NCBI GenBank assembly: GCA_043769845.1
Contig: JAYVIX010000200.1
Coordinates: 1-49,842 of the forward strand
Direction: 5' to 3'
From: Cytophagales bacterium
GTDB taxonomy: Bacteria; Bacteroidota; Bacteroidia; Cytophagales; UBA9547
Length of the DNA stretch: 49,842 bases
Shown: positions 9,902 to 18,779 of the stretch, piece after piece
Layout of the letters: every line of letters begins with the position of its first letter
How positions within the stretch are numbered: position 1 is the first letter of the stretch
Position numbers and translations under genes: made by a program
The notes under the pieces: model-generated
What the model was told of the DNA's origin: nothing
Seen by the model: only the letters and a program-made list of their open reading frames with translations
Databases searched by the model: none

Positions 9902-10576
9902 TTAAGCCACTGCCAAACTCAGCACAGTAATTTGTTCCACACCAGCATTTAGCAAACATTGACAACAAGCCTCTAGTGTTGCACCTGTCGTGACTACATC
10001 GTCTACAATGGCTACATGCTTGCCACGCAAATCCGTGCCAGATGCTAAAGTGAAACAATCTTGCATGTTTTCCAAACGAGCAAAACGTCCTTTTTTAGTT
10101 TGCGAAATTGCTTCTTTTGATTTGACGAGCAAAGTAGCATCCAGTTTGATTTCTAATTGTTTGGCCAAACCAATAGCAATGGCTTCTGCCTGATTATAAC
10201 CTCTTGATTTCAAACGTTTTGAATGCAATGGAACGGGCAAAATGAGATCAATTTTATTTATTAATAATTTTTCATTTACAAAAATGCCAAATATTTCGCC
10301 CATATAAACTCCCAATTCCTGATTGTCTTTATATTTCAGTTCGTGCAGGATTTTTTGCGCTTTTCCTAATTTATTGAATTTCAAATACCCATAAGCCTTT
10401 TCAATTTTCACCCTGCCTACAAGTTTTCGAAGTGCCGATTCGTCATTCGTTTCCAATACAGGTAGTTCCAAACAACAAGAGCCACAAATATGTGGCTCTT
10501 GTTCATTCAATGCTTTTTCGCAACAAACGCATGTTTTCGGAAAAAGTAAATCAATTAAATAGTTGAGCATCAGCAT
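9902..10576 (-). CDS. comF: ComF family phosphoribosyltransferase-domain protein
   Basis: 224 aa. N-terminal Cys pairs (CVCC...CGSCC) and the PRTase motif VAIVDDVVTTGATL. Confidence 0.85.
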   Translation of the reverse strand: MLMLNYLIDLLFPKTCVCCEKALNEQEPHICGSCCLELPVLETNDESALRKLVGRVKIEKAYGYLKFNKLGKAQKILHELKYKDNQELGVYMGEIFGIFVNEKLLINKIDLILPVPLHSKRLKSRGYNQAEAIAIGLAKQLEIKLDATLLVKSKEAISQTKKGRFARLENMQDCFTLASGTDLRGKHVAIVDDVVTTGATLEACCQCLLNAGVEQITVLSLAVA

Positions 10577-10609
10577 TTTGTTCCCTAAAACCTAATACCC
10601 CAAACCTCG

Positions 10610-11677
10610 TTACCAACCGCTAGGAACTTCTTCTTCCTTTTTCTTTTTGGCTGGTTGTGTTTCCTTTTTCTTTGGTTTAGAGCTTTCTTCCCATTCTTTT
10701 TGCTCTTTTTCTTCTTGAAGTTTTTTCTTCTCTTCGTCAGTCAACTCTTTTGGTTTATTGTCGACAGGAGGCGCAGTTATTTGTCCAGAACCATCACCCG
10801 CTGGAGCTGCAGAAGAATCAGATGGCGCTGCTGGAGGGGCAATTTCGCCTGGAGGAAGTATTGGAGCGTTCAATGTGCTGTCTTTAGGAGCAGAGCTACC
10901 ACCGTCACCATTGGTCGGAGCGCCATATCCGGCTGGTGGTGCCACATATTTCGCTCTTCTCTTTCTTAATGGATGAAAGGTGTATTGCAATTTGAACGTG
11001 CCAGTGAAATAAGAATCTTTGCCAGAAGTATTCAATTTGTTGATTCCATCAAATGCATCGGTCAAGGCAAAACGATAGCCAAATTCGGTAATCAATGAAA
11101 AACGTTTATTGAGGTAAAAAGCCAAGCCTAATGAAGCAGGAAGTACAATGGCGATATTGGTCGTTTTGGCTACTTCGTATTTTTTGAAAAAATTAGAATC
11201 GCTCACTGCCACTTTGGGGTCAAAATAAGCAGCCCCAATTCCAAGTGTCAAGAATGGACGAATACGATGTGGGCGTTTGTTGATATCGTTTTTGAAATGG
11301 ATTCTTCTATCTAAGAAGTCGAAACGACCATAGCCGATCAATTCATAAATATTGGTAGAGAAGGAAATTTTACCGCTCGTATCTCTCACTTCGCTACCGA
11401 TGGTGTAGCTATTCAGTTCGGCACCAAAATAGGTTTTAGGCCAAACTTTGTAGTTGACTCCAAGATTGAATCCAGGAGCTAGTTTTGGATTAGGCATAAA
11501 ACCCAGATCACCCATATAACCGGCAGCATTCACCCCCAATGTCAGGTTGATTGGCCCGCGGTAATAGTACGAATCAAAAAAGCCTGAATATTCTACTTTC
11601 TTTTGTTTTTGAGCCAAACCTAGCACATTCAATAAAAGCAAAAATGCAATCGAAACGAAAATTGATTTTTTCAACAC
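10610..11677 (-). CDS. Outer-membrane beta-barrel protein with a long low-complexity C-terminal tail
   Basis: 355 aa. Signal peptide, a barrel region homologous to 8988..9842, then about 115 aa rich in Pro/Ala/Ser/Gly followed by Lys/Glu (…EEKKKLQEEKEQKEWEESSKPKKKETQPAKKKKEEE…). Confidence 0.75.
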   Translation of the reverse strand: MLKKSIFVSIAFLLLLNVLGLAQKQKKVEYSGFFDSYYYRGPINLTLGVNAAGYMGDLGFMPNPKLAPGFNLGVNYKVWPKTYFGAELNSYTIGSEVRDTSGKISFSTNIYELIGYGRFDFLDRRIHFKNDINKRPHRIRPFLTLGIGAAYFDPKVAVSDSNFFKKYEVAKTTNIAIVLPASLGLAFYLNKRFSLITEFGYRFALTDAFDGINKLNTSGKDSYFTGTFKLQYTFHPLRKRRAKYVAPPAGYGAPTNGDGGSSAPKDSTLNAPILPPGEIAPPAAPSDSSAAPAGDGSGQITAPPVDNKPKELTDEEKKKLQEEKEQKEWEESSKPKKKETQPAKKKKEEEVPSGW

Positions 11678-11800
11678 CTTAAATTGTATTTATAAAAAAC
11701 AAAATTAGCTTTTTTCCTGATTTAGTTCTTCTAGAATGTGATTTTTAGTGAGACGATTAACATTAATAATCTTAAAAAGAGCATTCTGAACTATTTTTAT

Positions 11801-12118
11801 TTACTGAATATGAGAAATAAGTTGAATAAGCTCATTTTCTGAAATTGTTTCTTCTTCTGATTTGTCAAAAATAGAAAGCAAGTAGACCGTCTCTTGAACT
11901 ACTTTTACACATGTTATAATTCTTCCACCACCTCGTTTGCCTTTTCCTTTCGAGGTAATTGAAAGTCTTATTTTGAAACAATTATTTCCTAAAAGCGTGC
12001 CTGACAATGGGTTATTGCTTAAATCAGTAGCAAGTTGTGCGATTTCTGATTTTTAAAGAGGGATATTTTTTACTAATCTTTTGAATTTCGAATCAAAAGG
12101 GGGCAATCGTGAGAACAC
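11801..12118 (-). pseudogene. RelE/HigB-like (GKGKxGG type) type II toxin, reading frame interrupted
   Basis: Reading from the GTG at 12118, which overlaps the antitoxin stop (TAGTG), gives VFSRLPPFDSKFKRLVKNIPL*KSEIAQLATDLSNNPLSGTLLGNNCFKIRLSITSKGKGKRGGGRIITCVKVVQETVYLLSIFDKSEEETISENEL... The in-frame TAA is at 12055-12053. An alternative frame across the break reads KKYPSLK. Confidence 0.65.
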
Positions 12119-12324
12119 TATAATTCATCCAATAACTCTTGAATAGGCCTTGCTTTACTTTTGCCCGAAAGCACCAAATTCATTTCTTTTACCGAATTGG
12201 CTATTTCGTTGGTTAATTCTGAGTTTGTATTTTGAAGCGGAGTGGCTTTTACAAACGTGAAATTCTTCAACAATTCCAAAACGAAATCTACTTTATGGTC
12301 TTTTATGTCAAGAAGTATTTTCAT
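12118..12324 (-). CDS. Putative antitoxin of the adjacent RelE/HigB-like toxin
   Basis: 68-aa ORF immediately upstream of the toxin, with a 1-nt stop/start overlap. The locus is AT-rich and I recognised no named domain. Confidence 0.5.
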   Translation of the reverse strand: MKILLDIKDHKVDFVLELLKNFTFVKATPLQNTNSELTNEIANSVKEMNLVLSGKSKARPIQELLDEL

Positions 12325-12342
12325 GTTTTCTTAGTTTTAAAA

Positions 12343-12380
12343 AGTTCAACGTTCAAAGAAATCCCTTTGAACGTTGAACT
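12343..12380 (-). terminator. Rho-independent terminator of the aminotransferase gene
   Basis: Perfect 16-bp stem AGTTCAACGTTCAAAG / CTTTGAACGTTGAACT with a 6-nt loop. On the minus strand a TTTTT run follows. Confidence 0.8.
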
Positions 12381-12387
12381 TGAGACT

Positions 12388-13605
12388 TTAAACCAATTTA
12401 GCCAAAGCAGCTTTGATATTTGTCATCGCTTTAACTAGGCTTTCGTCCGAAGCTGCAAAGGATATACGGATATAACCCGGAACTCCAAACGCATCGCCAG
12501 GAACTGTAGAAACGTGTGCTTCGCTCAAGATATACAGACACAAATCCATCGCTTCCTTGATTTTAGCGCCTTCGGCTGTTGTTTTACCAAGGTAAGCCGA
12601 AATGTCTGGGAAGAAATAAAATGCACCCATTGGAAGATTTGTCTTGATACCTGGGATGTCTTTCAACAAACCAAAAACCAAATCTCTTCTGCGAAGGAAT
12701 GCTTTGTTCATTTCGTTGGTTGTATCCATTGTGCCGCTAATTGCAGCCACTGCCGCCCATTGTGCGATCGAGCAAGTAGCCGAAGTTACTTGGCCTTGCA
12801 ATTTGTCGCAAGCATCGGCTAGCCATTTCGGAGCGGCCATATAGCCAATTCTCCAACCTGTCATGGCATATCCTTTTGAAACACCATTTACAAGCACTGT
12901 ACGCTCTTGCATTCCTGCAAACGAAGCGATACTCACATGTTTTTCGCCAAAGTTGATAAATTCGTAGATTTCATCTGCCAAAGCGTAGATGTTGTCATGT
13001 TTCACCAATTCGTCTGCGATTTCTTTCAATTCTTTCTCGCTGAAAACTGAACCAGTTGGGTTGCAAGGCGAAGAGAACATCACCACTTTAGTACGTGGCG
13101 TGATTGCTGCACGCAATTGCTCAATAGTAGCTTTGAAATTATTTTCAATGCTTCCTTCGATCAAAACAGCTTTTCCTTCAGCCAATTTTACCAATTCAGA
13201 ATAACTCACCCAATATGGCGAGTAGATAATTACTTCATCACCAGGGTTAAGCAAACAAAGCAAAGCATTTGCAATTGATTGTTTGGCACCAGTTGAAACT
13301 ACAATATTTTCAGGCTTGTATTCCAGGCCGTTGTCGCGTTTTAATTTGGCTACTACCGCATTTTTCAATTCAGGAATACCTGCTACTGGTGTGTAGAACG
13401 TTTTTCCGTCATCAATTGCTCTCTTGGCAGCGTCTTTGATGTGTTGTGGAGTTTGGAAATCGGGCTCGCCAAAACTTAGGTTAACTACCGATACACCTTG
13501 TGCGCTTAGTTCGCGCGCCTTCTTAGCCATTCCGATAGTGGCCGATTCTTCTAAGGCATTGATACGGTCGGAGAGTACTTTCAACGATTCTGCTACTGCG
13601 CTCAT
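12388..13605 (-). CDS. Pyridoxal-phosphate-dependent class I aminotransferase (aspartate aminotransferase-like)
   Basis: 405 aa with the PLP-lysine motif SKGYAMTGWRIGY, plus NPTG and ADEIYE blocks. Confidence 0.85.
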   Translation of the reverse strand: MSAVAESLKVLSDRINALEESATIGMAKKARELSAQGVSVVNLSFGEPDFQTPQHIKDAAKRAIDDGKTFYTPVAGIPELKNAVVAKLKRDNGLEYKPENIVVSTGAKQSIANALLCLLNPGDEVIIYSPYWVSYSELVKLAEGKAVLIEGSIENNFKATIEQLRAAITPRTKVVMFSSPCNPTGSVFSEKELKEIADELVKHDNIYALADEIYEFINFGEKHVSIASFAGMQERTVLVNGVSKGYAMTGWRIGYMAAPKWLADACDKLQGQVTSATCSIAQWAAVAAISGTMDTTNEMNKAFLRRRDLVFGLLKDIPGIKTNLPMGAFYFFPDISAYLGKTTAEGAKIKEAMDLCLYILSEAHVSTVPGDAFGVPGYIRISFAASDESLVKAMTNIKAALAKLV

Positions 13606-13754
13606 CTGGGGTTATTTTTAGAAACTTGCAAAACTACTAATTAACTGAGAAGTGTACGCTTGAATTTCCTCATTTTTCTGCGAAATATAAATCATTCAGC
13701 CCAAAGAGGTTTAAATGTTACCTTTGTATTGGGTTATTTCAAATCTATTTTTCG

Positions 13755-14282
13755 ATGCATTTTTTGAAAGTCATTTTCAGCAACAAAGCCTTGTCGCTTG
13801 CCTTGTTGCTCGGTAGCGTGCAAGTAGTGTGCGATTTGGCAGGAAGCGTCACTTTTTTTCCAATCGTACATTATGGGATGTATTCGCAAATCGAACCAAG
13901 ACAGAAAAGCTATGTAACGTACGAATTGGAGATAAATGGCCAAAAACTGGATGCGCTTGATTATAGAATACACCTTTGGGAGGCTCTTTTTAATCCGCTC
14001 AGAATTCGTGAAAAAAACAGGCATTGCAATGATTTCGAAGAAGATAAAAATCTGATGAAAAAGGGATTTAATAGCCTGAATTTTAACCACCTATATCCGT
14101 TTTTAGAACCTGCGATTACAAATAAAATAGAAAAAAACAGTACTTTTTCTCATCGTTACAAAATCTATTTGGCGCATATTTTGAAGGAGCCAATTTTCAG
14201 CATGAAAGTGTACGAAAGCGAATATGGCTACGACTATGCCCGCTATTTTTTGATCCGTAAAACCTTGCTAGTTCATGAATAG
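13755..14282 (+). CDS. Hypothetical protein
   Basis: 175-aa ORF with a hydrophobic N-terminus. Its stop overlaps the start of the next ORF (ATGAATAG). I recognised no family. Confidence 0.45.
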   Translation: MHFLKVIFSNKALSLALLLGSVQVVCDLAGSVTFFPIVHYGMYSQIEPRQKSYVTYELEINGQKLDALDYRIHLWEALFNPLRIREKNRHCNDFEEDKNLMKKGFNSLNFNHLYPFLEPAITNKIEKNSTFSHRYKIYLAHILKEPIFSMKVYESEYGYDYARYFLIRKTLLVHE

Positions 14283-15114
14283 ACTGCGAAATATGAGTTT
14301 GAAGCATGTTTATATGCTCAATTTTTTGGTGTTCTATTATGTGGTGTTTGCATTTGGGTACGCCAATCATTTTTTCTTGACACAGTTCCAGCCCGTTTCG
14401 ATTAGTCACAATCGCGACCTTGTAGAACTGGCTCTAATCGCAACACATTTGCCTCATTTTCTGATTTCACATCCAAGTTCGTTTTTGATATTGGATAGTT
14501 TGGTTTTGATATTCCCGATTGGAATTACGATTATTTACATGAAACATAATTCATTTAATAAAGCGTTAGGAATATCGTTCATGCTCCTTCTAAGTCTTTA
14601 TTTTTTACTTCAGAGCATTCTGAAACAAGTGAGTTTGCAGCCGTATGTGCCGTATGTGATTTTGTCAGCGATGTTTTTTGCGAATAAGAAGGTGCATTTT
14701 CAATGGGTGATAAAAATGGCTCGTTGGTCGTTCGTTTATGCACTTGGCACCGCTGGCGTATGGAAAGTAGCGCGAGGTGCGGTTTTTGTGCCCGATGAAT
14801 TCAGTAATATTCTGATCGCACAGCATTCCAATTATCTGACCAATAATTGCAACGCATTTTTGTGTCAAGTTCATTTTTACTTGATCGAACATACGGCTTT
14901 TTCGCAGACTTTATATGTATTGGCTACTTTGTTGGAATTGGCTTTTTTAGTGAGCTTTTTTACTAAAAAATACGACAAATGGCTAGTCGTTTTGGTAATC
15001 ACATTTGTTTTCTTCGACCAATTGGTCATGCGGATTCCTTATTGGACAATTTTGGTTTCGGCTATTCCACTTTGGTTCTCGGCCGAAATGGAACGTTCGC
15101 ATTCCGACAGATAG
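14275..15114 (+). CDS. Hypothetical polytopic membrane protein
   Basis: 279 aa with about 7-8 hydrophobic segments. It is translationally coupled to 13755..14282. Confidence 0.5.
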   Translation: MNRLRNMSLKHVYMLNFLVFYYVVFAFGYANHFFLTQFQPVSISHNRDLVELALIATHLPHFLISHPSSFLILDSLVLIFPIGITIIYMKHNSFNKALGISFMLLLSLYFLLQSILKQVSLQPYVPYVILSAMFFANKKVHFQWVIKMARWSFVYALGTAGVWKVARGAVFVPDEFSNILIAQHSNYLTNNCNAFLCQVHFYLIEHTAFSQTLYVLATLLELAFLVSFFTKKYDKWLVVLVITFVFFDQLVMRIPYWTILVSAIPLWFSAEMERSHSDR

Positions 15115-15343
15115 CCAATAGTCGTTTTCTAACAAAGAGAATAATTCAAGTGGAAATTTGTATTTTAAAATACGAAGGCCTATTATTGTCCTACAATTGC
15201 GGATGATTTTTAAGGAATCACGTTCCCGCACTCCTTTTCAGTAAAATTCTTGTTTGCCAATCTTTTTTATATTTTAGGCTGAACCTGAACACATAATCGT
15301 TTTCTACTGCTCTCATTCATCATACAATCCCGTACCATAACAC

Positions 15344-17023
15344 ATGTACAACATTACCGATTTGGATCTTCTACTCACCTCTGAGTTGAGAGAAATTGCT
15401 GAAAAACTTGTTATCAAAAATGCAAAAAGACTTTCAAAAGAAGAGTTGATTTACAAGATCTTAGACAAACAAGCCGTCACCCCAGACAGCGAATTACCAG
15501 CACTACCCATTCCAACTCAAGCTAAAACCGAAGTTCCTGTTCAAGAAATCACAGAAGAGGAAGAGCCCAAAGAGGTTGTAAAACGCGAGCCAATCCGAGT
15601 GCGCAAAAGAGAAAACGTGCGTGCAGCCGAACCAGATGTATTGGTGGATACGGCTATAGAAGATTCAAAACCAGAACCTCAAGTCATTCAGCAAGCTATT
15701 CAAGAGCAAGAGGAAGTAGAATTCAAGCCGAAACCTGAAATCAGAATGCGTACGCGCACTGAGCAGCCTGTAGCGGCCGAAATATCTCAGAATCAAGAAT
15801 ATACTCAAGAAGCACCTGTTGTAGTGGCCGAAACGGCAGCTCCAAAACCAGAAAAAGAAATCATTCAACTTCCTCGCAGAGCCGTACCGATTGTTCAGCA
15901 ACGCGAGTTTGAAGGCGTCATTGTAAGCCAAGGTGTGTTGGAAATGATGCAAGATGGATACGGATTCTTGCGTTCGTCTGACTATAACTATTTGGCCAGT
16001 CCAGATGATATTTATGTTTCGCCTTCGCAAATAAAATTGTTTGGTCTGAAAACGGGCGATACCGTAAAAGGAAGCGTTCGTCCGCCCAAAGACGGAGAGA
16101 AATATTTTGCTCTTTTGAAAGTAGAAACCATCAATGGCAAAACGACCGAGGAAATCAGAGATCGTATTCCGTTTGAATTTTTGACCCCGATTCACCCAAA
16201 TGAACGATTAAAACTGACCACTAAAGCCGATAATTATTCTTCAAGAATTTTGGACCTTTTCGCCCCTATCGGAAAAGGACAAAGAGGAATGATTGTGGCA
16301 CAACCCAAAACTGGTAAAACGGTATTACTCAAAAATATCGCCAATGCCATTGCCGAGAATCATCCAGAAGTATATCTGATCGTATTGCTAATAGACGAAA
16401 GACCAGAAGAAGTAACCGACATGGCACGTAGTGTACGTGGCGAAGTGATTTCTTCGACTTTTGATGAGCAAGCCGATCGCCATGTAAAAGTGGCAAGTAT
16501 TGTGCTCGAAAAAGCAAAAAGAATGGTAGAATGTGGTCACGATGTAGTGATTCTTCTCGATTCGATCACTCGTCTGGCTAGAGCCTATAATACGGTATCG
16601 CCACCGTCTGGCAAAATTCTTTCTGGAGGTGTGGATGCCAATGCACTTCACAAACCAAAGCGTTTCTTTGGTGCGGCTCGTAATGTCGAAAATGGCGGTT
16701 CATTGACCATTTTGGCCACTGCATTGATCGAAACCGGCTCAAAAATGGATGAAGTAATCTTTGAAGAATTCAAAGGAACAGGAAACATGGAACTCCAGTT
16801 GGATCGTAAGCTTTCGAACAAACGCGTTTATCCAGCGATAGATGTACCTGCTTCTGGTACTCGTATGGAAGAGCTTTTGATGACTAAAGAAGAACTCCAA
16901 AGAATCTGGATCTTGCGCAAATACATGAACGACATGAATTCGGCAGAAGCAATGGAATTCTTGCTCAACAGCATGAAAGGCACCAGAAACAACGAAGAAT
17001 TCTTGGTTTCGATGAACAACTAA
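15344..17023 (+). CDS. rho: Transcription termination factor Rho with a large N-terminal insertion
   Basis: 559 aa. The N-terminal helical domain begins [12 protein letters not shown]. An acidic/Pro/Gln-rich insert of about 145 aa follows. The CSD-like segment is [14 protein letters not shown], Walker A is AQPKTGKT, and the Rho motif [14 protein letters not shown] is present. Confidence 0.95.
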   Translation: MYNITDLDLLLTSELREIAEKLVIKNAKRLSKEELIYKILDKQAVTPDSELPALPIPTQAKTEVPVQEITEEEEPKEVVKREPIRVRKRENVRAAEPDVLVDTAIEDSKPEPQVIQQAIQEQEEVEFKPKPEIRMRTRTEQPVAAEISQNQEYTQEAPVVVAETAAPKPEKEIIQLPRRAVPIVQQREFEGVIVSQGVLEMMQDGYGFLRSSDYNYLASPDDIYVSPSQIKLFGLKTGDTVKGSVRPPKDGEKYFALLKVETINGKTTEEIRDRIPFEFLTPIHPNERLKLTTKADNYSSRILDLFAPIGKGQRGMIVAQPKTGKTVLLKNIANAIAENHPEVYLIVLLIDERPEEVTDMARSVRGEVISSTFDEQADRHVKVASIVLEKAKRMVECGHDVVILLDSITRLARAYNTVSPPSGKILSGGVDANALHKPKRFFGAARNVENGGSLTILATALIETGSKMDEVIFEEFKGTGNMELQLDRKLSNKRVYPAIDVPASGTRMEELLMTKEELQRIWILRKYMNDMNSAEAMEFLLNSMKGTRNNEEFLVSMNN

Positions 17024-17129
17024 TTTAGTCTTTAGTTGTCAGTCGCTAGTCGTCAGTTTTTGTGGCATTAAAGCGTCTTGTCAAAATACTAAATACTTGA
17101 TACTTACTACCTAATACTTGATACTAAAA

Positions 17130-17444
17130 ATGGAAGAGCCACAAGATAATAACGCAATAAATATTGAGCTTTCGGAAGAGATGGCAGAAGGTATTTATTC
17201 TAACCTTGCCATGATTGCACATAGTCATAGCGAGTTTGTGATTGATTTTATCCGATTGATGCCTGGCGTGCCAAAGGCAAAAGTGAAAGCGCGAATCGTG
17301 CTTACGCCCGAACATGCCAAAAGACTATTATTCGCGTTAGGCGACAATATCAAAAAATTCGAAGAAAGCTTTGGTCACATCAAACAGATAGAAGAAGCGC
17401 CAAGATTCCCGATGCACTTTGGTGGAAAAATGGGTGAGGCTTAG
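17130..17444 (+). CDS. DUF3467 domain protein
   Basis: The region MEEPQDNNAINIELSEEMAEGIYSNLAMIAHSHSEFVIDFI is typical of DUF3467. I moved the start to the ATG at 17130 (the track start at 17118 is TTG). Confidence 0.7.
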   Translation: MEEPQDNNAINIELSEEMAEGIYSNLAMIAHSHSEFVIDFIRLMPGVPKAKVKARIVLTPEHAKRLLFALGDNIKKFEESFGHIKQIEEAPRFPMHFGGKMGEA

Positions 17445-17475
17445 TAATTGCACCAATTCTTGCCCATTCTAAAAA

Positions 17476-17506
17476 GGCTTACAAAATCATTTTTGTAAGC
17501 CTTTTT
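17476..17506. terminator. Bidirectional rho-independent terminator
   Basis: GGCTTACAAAA / TTTTGTAAGCC stem flanked by an A-run and a T-run, between convergent genes. Confidence 0.8.
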
Positions 17507-17590
17507 AGTTTTAAACCAATTGATTTTGTGATAGATGCAGGACTGTTAATTGTCGACTATCAACTACTTACAAAGCCATACTGCTGGATC

Positions 17591-18574
17591 TTACCAAAAA
17601 TCAGATGGACTTCTGAGTTCTGCGGCTGGTTTTAGGCGAAGACCTAACATTACTTCGTGCGAACCATTGCTGAGTTTTGAAAGTGCCGAAAAGCCATAAT
17701 CGTACGAATAACCAACATCAATTAGGTGATTAATCGTTACGCCAGCAAGAATCACCACCGCATCTTCTCTGCGGAATGATAAACCTCCCCAAACCATGTT
17801 TTTATAGCGCACTTTCAGGTTCACATCGAACGTGACGGGTGCTGGGCTTACAAATTTCACGAGAATCGAAGGAATAAAATGTAAATCGGTATTGTGGCCA
17901 AAATTGTAACCAGCTGTTACAAAATAGTGGTTATTCAGTTTGTTGGTACCATTTTCGGAGATTCCTGTAAACTTGAGTTTGTTCTGGAAAATCTGATTGA
18001 TTGATGCTCCGAAATAATATTTTTCGTGGTATAACCAATAGCCCAAGTTCATGTCCGGAGCCCAATCTACCGAAGTGCCTAGTGCACCAGTGCTTTGGTC
18101 GCTTAGTATGAGTTTGCTTCCGTCCAGTTTGTATTGCTGAAAACCAATCGCAGCACCTACCGAAATGGTGAGTTTTTTGGAAATTTTAGTATTGTAAGAG
18201 TATGAGCCATAAGCCGATGTGCGACTGGTAGGCCCAGTAACATCATGAATAACTAGCCCGCCAAAACCATGATGCCAATCAGATTCATTTTTGTGCCTGC
18301 GTGCATTCGGGCCAATATGCCTACCCAGATGCGCATGACCCGAGAGATATGAAGTTTGTGGTGCGATGTTGTCGCCAGTAGTTGGATTTTTGATCCCATA
18401 CCATTGCGAACGATGCCCCAAACGAAAGTCATAATGATCAGAAGTACCGCCCACCGCAGGGTTTAGCAAATACTGGTTCATCATATATTGACTATAATGT
18501 GGTCTTTGCTGCGCCTGAGAAACAAAAGCTGTCATTGAAAGACCTGCAATCAAATATTTATAAGCGAAATTCAA
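17591..18574 (-). CDS. Type IX secretion system membrane protein, PorP/SprF family
   Basis: 327 aa. Signal peptide, then QQRPHYSQYMMNQYLLNPAVGG, the hallmark N-terminus of PorP/SprF proteins. Confidence 0.85.
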   Translation of the reverse strand: MNFAYKYLIAGLSMTAFVSQAQQRPHYSQYMMNQYLLNPAVGGTSDHYDFRLGHRSQWYGIKNPTTGDNIAPQTSYLSGHAHLGRHIGPNARRHKNESDWHHGFGGLVIHDVTGPTSRTSAYGSYSYNTKISKKLTISVGAAIGFQQYKLDGSKLILSDQSTGALGTSVDWAPDMNLGYWLYHEKYYFGASINQIFQNKLKFTGISENGTNKLNNHYFVTAGYNFGHNTDLHFIPSILVKFVSPAPVTFDVNLKVRYKNMVWGGLSFRREDAVVILAGVTINHLIDVGYSYDYGFSALSKLSNGSHEVMLGLRLKPAAELRSPSDFW

Positions 18575-18779
18575 TTCTTTACTTCGTTTAATTTATTACA
18601 AAAATAATACAATCAGTTTGTTTTCTGACATACTAGCTCTTAATAATATAGAAGCGCAGAAGGTAAGCGAAAACCTTGCAATGGAATTCAGATTTAGAAA
18701 ATCCATCTACAACTGTTTACTTTGCAAATTCATTCTGCAAAAATTGCAATACGAAATAGGTTCTACTCAATACTAAAAA

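Noticed and set aside
9843-10058. The N-terminal 72 codons of track ORF 8988..10058, which overlap the 3' end of comF.
   Set aside because: This part is Cys/Trp-rich and non-homologous to the paralogue, lacks a signal peptide and starts at TTG. An in-frame GTG at 9842 yields a proper signal peptide aligned with 10610..11677.
10584-10607. Telomere-like heptamers (CCTAAAA CCTAATA CCCCAAA, similar to CCCTAAA). A related CCTAATACCCAAACCT occurs at 21714-21729.
   Set aside because: These are only 3-4 degenerate units in an internal bacterial intergenic spacer. They are better explained as part of the general heptamer/stop-rich boundary pattern than as telomeric sequence.
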